NCBI GenBank assembly: GCA_963665405.2 | Contig: CAXXUH010000003.1 | Location: forward strand, 292,809 to 356,808 | DNA: 64,000 bases | Direction: 5' to 3' | Origin: Dehalococcoidia bacterium | GTDB lineage: Bacteria > Chloroflexota > Dehalococcoidia > Lucifugimonadales > G963665405 | Program-made: the position numbers and the translations under genes | Shown here: positions 19,058 to 27,314 of the stretch, one piece after another | Layout: each line of letters opens with the position of its first letter | How positions within the stretch are numbered: position 1 is the stretch's first letter | The notes under the pieces: model-generated | Database searches by the model: none | What the model was told of the DNA's origin: nothing | Seen by the model: only the letters and a program-made list of their open reading frames with translations

Positions 19058-20197
19058 TTAACCTATCCTGCCGAACTCCGGAAGGGGACCGCCTATCAGT
19101 GGCCGGAGGTAGACGAGAAACTCCGGGGTCACGAAGCCGGTGGACCGATCCAGATACTCGTCCGGCATCGTCCTGACCCGGTCGGCAACGTCGGCCAGCG
19201 GCGCCACCCCCGTGCTGCACGAGCGGACGGCAGCACGTCCCGGCCGCCTCTTCGCCGTCCTGGGCACGTCGGTCCGCGCATCGGTGCGATACACACATGC
19301 CGCCATGGAGCGTTGGATGGTTCCGGGCGCCTCGTAACGGGCCCTGGTCCGCAGCCGCCTGGCTACGGCGGTGGCCAGATACCGGCCGGCGCCGTCGAAG
19401 TAGGGGTGGCCGAAGTCGTCTACGAAGAGCGGCTCTCCCTGTGCGCCGAGGACGCCGTCGGGACCCCTGGCGTTCTCCGCGACGACGGCCAGCGCATACC
19501 CGAATCGTGAGCAGGCGTCCTCCACGGTGTCGAGGAACCGGTCCTCGTCGACGGGGACCTCTGGGACGCATATGACGTGCGGGGCGTCGCGCTCGTCGCG
19601 CCGTGCGAGGGCGGACGAGGCGGCCAGCCAGCCGGCATCCCGTCCCATCACCTCCAGGATCGTCACCGGTGCGGCTCGGCCCATCGCCTCCGCGTCCCGG
19701 CCGGACCCCATCGTGGCCAGGACCACGAACCTCGCGGCGCTGCCGTACCCCGGGCAGTGGTCCGTCACCATCAGGTCGTTGTCGATCGTCTTCGGGACGT
19801 TCATCACCGTCAGCGAGACCCCGGCGGACGCGGCCGCGGCCGCCAAGGCGTGTCCCGTGGCGGCTGAGTCGTTCCCGCCGACGATGATCAGGAGCTCGAT
19901 TCCCCGCCTCCGAAGGACCTTCAGGACCGGGCCGACGTCTTCAGTCGTCAGCTTGCGGCGGGTCGAGCCGAGCGCCGCGCCGGGGCTCGCGGCGATCCTG
20001 CGCCAGCTCGCCTTCGAGACCTTCCCGAGATCTTCGAGCCGGTCGTCCACGAGACCCTCGAGGCCGTGGACCGCTCCGTAGACCTGGCCGAAGGCGTCGC
20101 TGTCGAACGCCTCCTGGACGATCCCGAAGAGGCTCCGGTTGATAACGGGCGTTGGACCGCCCGACTGCATCGTCAGCAGGTTCGGCTTCTTCGTCAT
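19058..20197 (-). CDS. 6-phosphofructokinase (ATP- or PPi-dependent, PFK family)
   Basis: The N-terminus MQSGGPTPVINRSL, plus GGNDS, PKTIDNDL and MGRDAGWLA motifs, are typical of PFK. Confidence 0.85.
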   Translation of the reverse strand: MTKKPNLLTMQSGGPTPVINRSLFGIVQEAFDSDAFGQVYGAVHGLEGLVDDRLEDLGKVSKASWRRIAASPGAALGSTRRKLTTEDVGPVLKVLRRRGIELLIIVGGNDSAATGHALAAAAASAGVSLTVMNVPKTIDNDLMVTDHCPGYGSAARFVVLATMGSGRDAEAMGRAAPVTILEVMGRDAGWLAASSALARRDERDAPHVICVPEVPVDEDRFLDTVEDACSRFGYALAVVAENARGPDGVLGAQGEPLFVDDFGHPYFDGAGRYLATAVARRLRTRARYEAPGTIQRSMAACVYRTDARTDVPRTAKRRPGRAAVRSCSTGVAPLADVADRVRTMPDEYLDRSTGFVTPEFLVYLRPLIGGPLPEFGRIG

Positions 20198-20245
20198 CTC
20201 TCAGACGCCGTTGAGGTTGGACCTGTCGTTATACGCGCCCGACGG

Positions 20246-21754
20246 CTACCCGTCCACCAGGAACGCGGCCGCCACGTGGCGGCGCTGTATCTTGCCCGTC
20301 ACCGTCCGCGGAAGGCTGTCGGCGACGTAGATGCGGTCGGGCACCTTGAACGCGGCCAGGCGCTCGCCGCAGAACGTCCTCAACGCCGCTTCGTCCGCAT
20401 CGTCTCTCAGCACCACCGCGGCGTGGACCGCCTCGCCGTACTTGGAGTCCGGTGCCGCGAAGCAGACCGCCTCGGCCACCGAGGGGTGGGCGAGCAGGGC
20501 CGCGTCCACCTCCAGTGGCGATATCTTCTCGCCTCCCCGGTTTATCAGCTCCTTGATCCGTCCTGTCAGCGTCAGGTACGCGTCGCCGCTCAGGAACCCC
20601 TGATCGCCGGTGCGGAACCACCCGTCGCTGAACGACTCCTGGTTCGCGGCCGGGTTGTTGCGGTAGCCGCCCATCACGTTGGGACCCTTTATAGCTACCT
20701 CACCGACATCCCCGGCCTCCATGAATCTCCCGTCCCGGTCCATTACCCCGACCTCGACCCCGGTCGCGGCTCCCACGGTTCCGGGGACGCGGTCGCCCGG
20801 CGGCAGGGGGTTCGACGTCATCTGGTGGGCGGCCTCCGTCATTCCATAGGCCTCGAGCACCGGCGCGCCGAAGCGGCTTTCCAGATTGCCGAGCACCCTC
20901 GGTGCCAGCGCGGCCGAGCACGACCTGATGAACCGGAAGCTCTCGCGCGGCGCGCCGTCTGCGTCGGCCCGGTCGAGAAGTATCTGGTGGATGGTCGGGA
21001 CCGCGGAGTACCAGGTTGCCCCGGTCGCCGTCCGGGTCGGCCAGAACGCGCCCGCGCTGAACCGCGAGGGCACGACCATCTCCCCTCCGGAGGCCAGCGT
21101 CGAGAGGGCGGCTCCGACGAGGCCGTGGACGTGGAACAGCGGCATGACCACCATCGCCACGTCCTCCGGCGACAGGGCGTAGCTGGCCCCGATGTTCTCG
21201 ACCGAGGCCAGCAGGTTCGCGTGGGTCAGGGGTACGCCCTTGGGCCGGCTCGTGGTGCCCGACGTGTGGAGAAAGAGGGCCACGTCGCTGCCGTCGGGTG
21301 GCTCCGGATCCGACCGGTTCGTGAGCTGCCGGCCCTCGCGGGTCAGCTCCACGGTTCCACCGGGCGTCGGGGAGGCGGCGAGAACGGGGATTCCGAGCTC
21401 GCCGGCCGCCTCACGTGCGGCGAGGACGTCCGGCGGCAGGATCGCGAGCCGCGACGAGGCGTCGCCCATGTAGAAAGCGAACTCTTCACGCGTATACGCG
21501 GGGTTGAGAGGAGCCGCGATCGCACCGGCCCTCAAAACGGCGAGGAACGTCACGAGGAACTCCAGGCCGTTCGGCAGAGCCATCGAAACCGCACTGCCGC
21601 GCTCCAGGCCCGCGCCCGCCAGCAGCTCGGCGACACGATCGACCTCGTCCCGAAGCGATCCGTAGCTCAGGGCGGGGCCGCCGGGGATCGTAACGGCGGT
21701 GGACGCCGGTGAGTCCGAGCTCAGAATGCTGAGAAGAGAGTTTGAGGTCTTCAT
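20246..21754 (-). CDS. AMP-dependent synthetase/ligase (acyl-CoA synthetase family)
   Basis: AMP-binding motif LHTSGTTSRPKGV, plus YGMTEA, GWFRTGD and the C-terminal PRTVTGKIQRR. Confidence 0.85.
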   Translation of the reverse strand: MKTSNSLLSILSSDSPASTAVTIPGGPALSYGSLRDEVDRVAELLAGAGLERGSAVSMALPNGLEFLVTFLAVLRAGAIAAPLNPAYTREEFAFYMGDASSRLAILPPDVLAAREAAGELGIPVLAASPTPGGTVELTREGRQLTNRSDPEPPDGSDVALFLHTSGTTSRPKGVPLTHANLLASVENIGASYALSPEDVAMVVMPLFHVHGLVGAALSTLASGGEMVVPSRFSAGAFWPTRTATGATWYSAVPTIHQILLDRADADGAPRESFRFIRSCSAALAPRVLGNLESRFGAPVLEAYGMTEAAHQMTSNPLPPGDRVPGTVGAATGVEVGVMDRDGRFMEAGDVGEVAIKGPNVMGGYRNNPAANQESFSDGWFRTGDQGFLSGDAYLTLTGRIKELINRGGEKISPLEVDAALLAHPSVAEAVCFAAPDSKYGEAVHAAVVLRDDADEAALRTFCGERLAAFKVPDRIYVADSLPRTVTGKIQRRHVAAAFLVDG

Positions 21755-21857
21755 GGTCGAGACGCGCCGGGTGCCACCGAACGGGTCCGATGCGGAGGTA
21801 TACGATCCGATTCTAACACGGTCCCCTGTAAGGCCGCGAGCCGGCCGCGGTTACGCC

Positions 21858-22160
21858 CAGGGTCTTTTCAAATTCCGATAGTTGGCCATCCGGCGTGTGG
21901 CTCCAGGCCGTCGACCTTCCTCAGCGTAGAAGCGCGCAGGGCATACGCCACGCCCCGGCCGGGGGTTCCGAAGGGGGCAGAACCCCCTTTGCGGTCCGCC
22001 TCAGGCGGATGGGTGCCCCTGAGTCTCTGGCGGCGTGGCCTTTTGCAAGTCGCCCCTCCCGGTCTTCATAGCTGCCGGTCTTACCGGCCGGGTGGGCGGG
22101 AACAAGAAGGCGCCTCAACGGGGGAGGTACGGGGGGTAGTGGGAGAACGAAAAGACCCTG
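21858..22160 (+). mobile_element. MITE copy M2 (full length)
   Basis: TIRs CAGGGTCTTTTC / GAAAAGACCCTG. 10-bp flanking direct repeat CGGTTACGCC / CGGTTACACC with one mismatch. Confidence 0.7.
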
Positions 22161-22221
22161 CGGTTACACCAGACGTGCGCGCACTCTTCGAGTACGCGTA
22201 CACACACTCCCTTAGTAAGTC

Positions 22222-22254
22222 TTGACACTATTTGGAGGTAAGTATATACTTACC
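22222..22254 (+). promoter_or_regulatory. Near-consensus promoter with an overlapping 18-bp perfect palindrome (operator candidate)
   Basis: TTGACA (22222-22227), a 17-nt spacer and TATACT (22245-22250). GGTAAGTATATACTTACC (22237-22254) is a perfect palindrome covering the -10. It lies 66 nt upstream of the binding-protein gene. Confidence 0.55.
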
Positions 22255-22319
22255 GGTGGCCTAAGTATCGACATAGTGCGTCGCTGCGTCACTGCCATTT
22301 CCACCCCCGAGGTTGCTGC

Positions 22320-23348
22320 ATGCTCGTCCGCCGCGCGCTCCTCGGCGCAGCGGTCCTGCTGTTCGCTCTCCTCGCGGTGGCAGGCTGCGCGAACGAGGAA
22401 GTGGGCGAGGCCCCCGACTCTCCGGGCTCGCTGGTCGTCTACTCGGGTCGGAGCGAGTCGTTGGTGGGTCCGCTCATCGAGCAGTTCGAGCAGGCGACCG
22501 GGATCGACGTCAAAGTGAAGTACGGCGGAACGGCGGAGCTGGCCGCGACGCTGCTCGAAGAGGGCGACAACACTCCCGCCGACGTCTTCTTCGCCCAGGA
22601 CCCGGGAGGGCTCGGCGCGGTCGTCGGCTCACTGTCCGTGCTCCCAAAGGACATCCTGGCCCTGGTGCCGAAGACGTTCACGTCTCCAGAGGGCCGGTGG
22701 CTCGGAATCTCCGGCCGTGCCAGGGTCGTCGTCTACAACACCGACACGCTGTCCGAGCAGGATCTCCCCGCGTCGATCGCCGGGTTCACGGACCCCATGT
22801 GGAAGGGAAGAATCGGGTGGGCTCCCGGAAACGGGTCGTTCCAGGCGATGGTGACCGCCATGCGAGTGGTTTGGGGAGAGCTTCAAACCCGGTCGTGGCT
22901 GGAGGGCGTGCACGCCAACGAGCCGAAGGTATATCCGAAGAACACCCCCATAGTCGCTGCGGTCGGGGCCGGAGAGATCGAGGTGGGCTTCGTGAACCAC
23001 TACTACCTCTACCGTTTCATCCAGGAAGAGGGTGACGACTTCCCGGCAAGGAACTCGCATCTTCGGGAGGGCGGACCCGGGAGCGTGGTGCTCGTAGCCG
23101 GTGCCGGGATACTGGACACAGCCGAGAATCGCAAGAACGCCGAGGCGTTCCTACGGTTCATGGTCTCGACGGAGGCCCAGCAGTACTTTGCGAGCGAGAC
23201 CCTGGAGTATCCCCTCGTCGAGGGAGTGACAACCCATCCGCTTCTGACTCCTATAGGGGAGATAGCGAGGCCCGAAATCGACATGGCGGGCCTTGCCGAC
23301 CTCCGCGGCACCCAGGACCTCCTCAGAGACCTTGGCATTATTCCGTGA
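22320..23348 (+). CDS. ABC transporter substrate-binding lipoprotein, Fe(3+)/FbpA-AfuA-like
   Basis: Lipoprotein signal MLVRRALLGAAVLLFALLAVAGC. Family-1 SBP pattern VVYSGRSE...KYGGTAELAATLLEEG...DVFFAQD. No permease or ATPase gene follows. Confidence 0.8.
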   Translation: MLVRRALLGAAVLLFALLAVAGCANEEVGEAPDSPGSLVVYSGRSESLVGPLIEQFEQATGIDVKVKYGGTAELAATLLEEGDNTPADVFFAQDPGGLGAVVGSLSVLPKDILALVPKTFTSPEGRWLGISGRARVVVYNTDTLSEQDLPASIAGFTDPMWKGRIGWAPGNGSFQAMVTAMRVVWGELQTRSWLEGVHANEPKVYPKNTPIVAAVGAGEIEVGFVNHYYLYRFIQEEGDDFPARNSHLREGGPGSVVLVAGAGILDTAENRKNAEAFLRFMVSTEAQQYFASETLEYPLVEGVTTHPLLTPIGEIARPEIDMAGLADLRGTQDLLRDLGIIP

Positions 23349-23387
23349 CGGCTAGGAGCCGTATCCAAGAGAAGAGGACGCGGAACC

Positions 23388-23852
23388 CAGATCCCGACTT
23401 GTCGGGATCGCAAGAAGTCTGAGAGCCTGCCCTGAGCTCCGATCCTATCGAGAGTCTCGGCATAGTTGGACCCGCCGAAGGGGTTTCCCTCAGAAATCAC
23501 CCCCAAGCGGGGCGAGGAAATGGGGAGCACAGAGGGGCGGGGCCCCTAGGGTGCTCCCACACCACAGGGAGGGTGGGTGGGAAACAGAAAGGCGCCCCAA
23601 AGGGGCCAGGGGGATGGTCGGAAGGATTGTCCAACACTGAACGAGCGTCGTGACTGGCAGAAGGAGCAACTCTCCAGGGCCTGTAGGGGCGGCAAGGCTT
23701 ATCCCCTGACAGGATGATGAGATATGGGGAGTGCAGAGGGGCAAAGCCCCTTTGCGGGGAGTCTGAGGGCCTCCCGCAGATATAACTTCTCTTCCCAATT
23801 CCTGGCCAGGAAGGGGGCCAGGGGGATGGTCGAAAGGCTTTTTAAGACCCTG
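23388..23852. repeat. Stacked-hairpin repeat cluster
   Basis: GATCCCGACTTGTCGGGAT, an interrupted TCTGAG...CCCTCAGA hairpin, GGGAGGGTGGGTGGG, a second CAGAGGGGCAAAGCCCC + GAGTCTGAGGGCCTCCCGCAGA copy and a CCTGGCCAGGAAGGGGGCCAGGGGGATGGTCGAAAGG tail. Confidence 0.8.
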
Positions 23853-24240
23853 TTATGAGGTGACCGGGTGTACAGACACTACCGGAGATACAGAAACGAG
23901 CGATTGGGCCGGGTCGCAGCCTCGCATTGGGCGATACTCGGCCTGGTCTCAGCGGTCGTCGCCGCCGGGGTTCTCCTGAGAGCGTAGGAGGCCCTCTAGA
24001 CGTCAGAGCGGATCAGCAGGCCCACGGCTCAGCACCTCCCCGCTGAGCAGCGGAACGGGTGGCGAGCCGAACGACGGCAGCAGCCTGGAGCGCCTCATCG
24101 ACCAAGCCTTTTTCCGAATGGTGACACCGCGACGCCGGAAGTGATACCATCCAACCGGCCCGGACGACCGCCAAGGGCCGAAGCCCGTAACAGCGGCGTC
24201 CCGAGGGCCTATTCCGACACACTGAACAGGAGGAGTACCG

Positions 24241-25605
24241 ATGGTTACCACGCGCCTGACCGGTGAGGAGATCGAGGAGCTGCAGGCACTGGGCAGCGCC
24301 CACTTCTGGCCCCACTCTCGACCGGCTGGAGACATGTCCGACGAGACTGGGATCAAGCTCGTCACCGGTGGGGAGGGCATCTGGGTCGAAGGCGCCGACG
24401 GGAACCGCTACGTCGACCTCATCGCCGGGATGTGGCTGAAGAACATCGGACACGGTCGCAAGGAGATCGCCGAGGCCGTCTACAAGCAGATGCTGGACAT
24501 CAGCTACTCCCCCGGCGGGACCGTCTCTCCGTCGACGGTGAAGCTGGCCGCCAAGGTCGCTAGCCTGGCGCCCGACAAAGAGTCGAGGGTCTACTTCGTC
24601 AGTGGCGGGTCCGAGGCCGTGGAGACCGCTCTCAAGATCGCGAAGAAGTACCAGAGGAACGTCGGACAGCCCGGCCGCTACAAGGTCATCAGCAGGCGGA
24701 ACTCCTACCACGGCGCGACCCACGCGTGCATAGCCCTGGGCGGCCACCCCGTGAACTCGCCCAACGACTACGGTCCGCCGCTTCCCGGCAACGTACACGT
24801 CGCCCAGCCCGGCGTGGACTGCGGCGCCCCAGGCGACTGCGACCTCAGCTGCGCCCGTGACATCGAGAAGGCGATCCTCCACGAGGAGCCTTCCACGGTG
24901 GCGGCGTTCATTGGGGAGCCCATCTCGGCAGCGGCCGGAATTCACGTTCCGCATCCCGACTACTGGCCGACCATCAGAGAGATATGCGACCGGTACGGCG
25001 TCGTCATGATCGTCGACGAGGTCATCACCGGGTTCGGGCGTACCGGCAAGATGTTCGCCACTGAGAACTGGGGGATCAAGCCCGACATCTTCACCGTCGC
25101 CAAGGCCCTGACCAGCGGCTACCTGCCGATAGGCGCGGCGGTCGTCAGCAAGAAGGTCGCCGACACGATGGTCGGCGAAGGAGAGCAGAGCCTGAAGCAT
25201 CTGATCACCTTCGGAGGCAACCCGCCCGCATGTGCCGCCGGCCTGACCAACGTGGAAATAATCGAGAAGGAGAACCTCGTCGAGAACTCGGCCACGATGG
25301 GCGAGTACCTCTTCGAGCAGCTTCAGACGCTCTACGAGCACAAGATCACCGGCGACGTTCGCGGAGGAATGGGCCTTCTGGCAGCTGTCGAGTTCGTCAA
25401 GAACCGCGACCCGAAGACACCGTTCGCTCCCGAGGACCAGTTCGACAGGAAGCTCGGGCTGGCAATGGAGAAGCACGGCCTCCTCGGGCGCGGCTTCATG
25501 GGCACCATGTTCTTCTCGCCGCCCCTCACCATCACCAAGGACGAGATAGACCACGTCGTCCATCAGGTCAACGAGGTGGCGTCGGAGGTCGAAGCAAGCC
25601 TCTAG
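24241..25605 (+). CDS. Class-III (omega) aminotransferase
   Basis: 454 aa with AGGAGG upstream. Pattern SGGSEAVETALK, DEVITGFGRTG and FTVAKALTSGYLP (PLP lysine). Confidence 0.9.
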   Translation: MVTTRLTGEEIEELQALGSAHFWPHSRPAGDMSDETGIKLVTGGEGIWVEGADGNRYVDLIAGMWLKNIGHGRKEIAEAVYKQMLDISYSPGGTVSPSTVKLAAKVASLAPDKESRVYFVSGGSEAVETALKIAKKYQRNVGQPGRYKVISRRNSYHGATHACIALGGHPVNSPNDYGPPLPGNVHVAQPGVDCGAPGDCDLSCARDIEKAILHEEPSTVAAFIGEPISAAAGIHVPHPDYWPTIREICDRYGVVMIVDEVITGFGRTGKMFATENWGIKPDIFTVAKALTSGYLPIGAAVVSKKVADTMVGEGEQSLKHLITFGGNPPACAAGLTNVEIIEKENLVENSATMGEYLFEQLQTLYEHKITGDVRGGMGLLAAVEFVKNRDPKTPFAPEDQFDRKLGLAMEKHGLLGRGFMGTMFFSPPLTITKDEIDHVVHQVNEVASEVEASL

Positions 25606-25611
25606 CGAACA

Positions 25612-25945
25612 AAGAAACGGGGAGCGCGGAGGGGCGAAGCCCCTATGCCGGGAGTCTGAGAGCCTGCCCTGAGCTCGTCGAAGGGATGTTCCTCAGAAAT
25701 CACCCCCAAGCTGGGCGAGGAAACGGGGAGCGCAGAGGGGCGGAGCCCCTATGCCGGGAGTCTGAGGGTGTCCCTCAGAAATCACCGCCCCTCCATTTTC
25801 TTGGGGGTGGGGCTCTTGAAACGCCAACACGTCGCTTGTAGCTATCCAAAGAAATGGGGAGCGCAGAGAGGCGGAGTTCCTATGCCGGGAGTCTGAGGGT
25901 GTCCCTCAGAAATCACCCCCCTATTTTTTCTTGGGGGTGGGGCCG
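25612..25945. repeat. Three tandem composite stacked-hairpin repeat copies
   Basis: GGGGAGCGC(G/A)GAGGGGCG(A/G)AGCCCCTATGCCGGGAGTCTGAG... units start at about 25617, 25723 and 25855. The first carries an inserted AGCCTGCCCTGAGCTCGTCGAAGGG module in the second hairpin. Confidence 0.85.
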
Positions 25946-25965
25946 CCAAATGCCCGACCCCCACG

Positions 25966-27111
25966 CTAGCTCCCCGGCGGGACGTACCCCGCGAGGGTCA
26001 CCGCGACATCCAAGGCGTGGTCGGCCCTGAAGATCGTCAGGATCACCTCGTCGCCTGGCTTGAGGCCGTTGAAGTAGTCGACGATGTCGGACACGGCCCT
26101 CACAGGCCTGCGATCTACGGCCACGATCACATCTCCGCGGCCGTCGGGAACCCTCAGCGGGTCCGCCCGAAGCCCGGCCGCCTGCGCCGGCGTATCCGGC
26201 AGCACCCGCCTGATGTAGACTCCCTCGTCGATCGACAGCCCGCCCGCCTGGACAAGCTCCGTCGTGAGCTCCATGCCGTTGATGCCTAACCACGGACGCC
26301 GGACCTCTTCCCCGCGCACCAGCAGCTCAGGCATCAGATCGGCGATCAGGTTGCTTGGGACGGCGAAGCCGATCGTCGGCTGACCTCCCTGACCAAGCTG
26401 GATCGCCGACGTGACGCCGATCACCTCTCCGTCGGAGTTGATCAGCGGCCCGCCCGAGTTGCCGGGGTTGAGCGTGGCGTCGGTCCAGATCATGTTGGGG
26501 ATCGGCCGCCGAAGTAGAGCCGGACCCTGTCCGACTCCGCTGATCACCCCGACGCTGACCGAGTTCTTCAGCCGGAACGGGCTGCCGATCGCCACGGCGA
26601 GCTGCCCCGGCTTCAGGTTCTCCGAGTCGCCCAGAGTCAGGGGCACGATATCCCTGACCTCCGCGGGGTCGACGCGTATCACCGCCAGATCATCCGCCGG
26701 GCTGTTCCCCATCCTGGTGGCGGGCAGCACCCTTCCGTCGGACAGAGTCACCGATATCTCGTTTGCGCCTTCCACCACGTGGTTGTTGGTCACGATGTGG
26801 CCGTCGGCGTCGATAAGGAACCCGGCGCCGGTGTCGTCCGGCCGCAGGGACGACGCACTCCGGCTCACGCTGATCTCGACCACGGCCGGGCTCGTCCTGT
26901 CGAACAGCGACGTGACCAGGTCCTCGTCGAAGATCGTCGATCCCGTCGAGGCCTCGCTCGACCTGAACGCGAAGGCACCCAGAGCGAACCCTAACAGGAC
27001 GCCCAGAGCCAGGGTGATCACCACGAGCGACCAGGTATCGTTCCCTCGCCGCCGGCTCGGCCGCCTCGTCGTGGGCTCCTCGGGAGCGTCCGGAAAATCT
27101 GTGGGCTGCAT
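25966..27111 (-). CDS. HtrA/DegP-family serine protease with a PDZ domain
   Basis: N-terminal TM segment, catalytic triad context (TNNHVV, DLAVIRV, GNSGGPL) and a C-terminal PDZ-like segment. Confidence 0.9.
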   Translation of the reverse strand: MQPTDFPDAPEEPTTRRPSRRRGNDTWSLVVITLALGVLLGFALGAFAFRSSEASTGSTIFDEDLVTSLFDRTSPAVVEISVSRSASSLRPDDTGAGFLIDADGHIVTNNHVVEGANEISVTLSDGRVLPATRMGNSPADDLAVIRVDPAEVRDIVPLTLGDSENLKPGQLAVAIGSPFRLKNSVSVGVISGVGQGPALLRRPIPNMIWTDATLNPGNSGGPLINSDGEVIGVTSAIQLGQGGQPTIGFAVPSNLIADLMPELLVRGEEVRRPWLGINGMELTTELVQAGGLSIDEGVYIRRVLPDTPAQAAGLRADPLRVPDGRGDVIVAVDRRPVRAVSDIVDYFNGLKPGDEVILTIFRADHALDVAVTLAGYVPPGS

Positions 27112-27314
27112 TGCGAAGCTCCTGCGTGGGTCCCGATCGATTCAGATTGCCACGGCCCACCCGGCCGCACGGACGTGGCTTCTCAAATCAGTCTAGACCA
27201 TCTCGGGCATCGGCTGCATCCAAGTATATGATGCCGATACCGGGCCCATCGTCGCCCGCGCCGAACATCGGAGAGTCGTATTCGGGTCGTACTGGACATA
27301 TAACGGAGGAAGCT

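Noticed and set aside
19058-19300. Possible internal deletion or compensating frameshifts in the C-terminal region of the PFK gene (...RTDARTDVPRTAKRRPGRAAVRSCSTGVAPLADVA...).
   Set aside because: The suspicion rests only on my recollection of typical PFK C-termini. The ORF is continuous, and I cannot align it without tools.
22237-22254. Naming the palindrome as a Fur box or an IdeR/DtxR box.
   Set aside because: There is no GATAATGATAATCATTATC-like pattern. The AGGTAAG half-sites are separated by 6 nt rather than the 1 nt of the IdeR/DtxR consensus. It is kept only as an unassigned operator candidate.
24013-25563. Long ORFs antisense to or overlapping confident genes. Examples: 24013..25563(-), 2835..4556(+), 20066..21712(+), 28751..30031(-), 40086..41849(+), 44205..45908(-), 44276..45643(+), 10368..11606(-), 60914..62329(-).
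   Set aside because: Their translations are Arg/Gly/Pro/Ala-rich with no recognisable motifs. They lie opposite to or out of frame with ORFs that have clear family signatures. This is typical of spurious open frames in high-GC DNA.
25612-25945. Possible CRISPR array, suggested by three similar units at roughly 106-132-bp spacing.
   Set aside because: The repeat units are about 55-60 nt composite hairpins. The spacing is irregular, and the intervening segments share sequence with each other and with other loci. No cas genes are present. It belongs to the dispersed repeat family.
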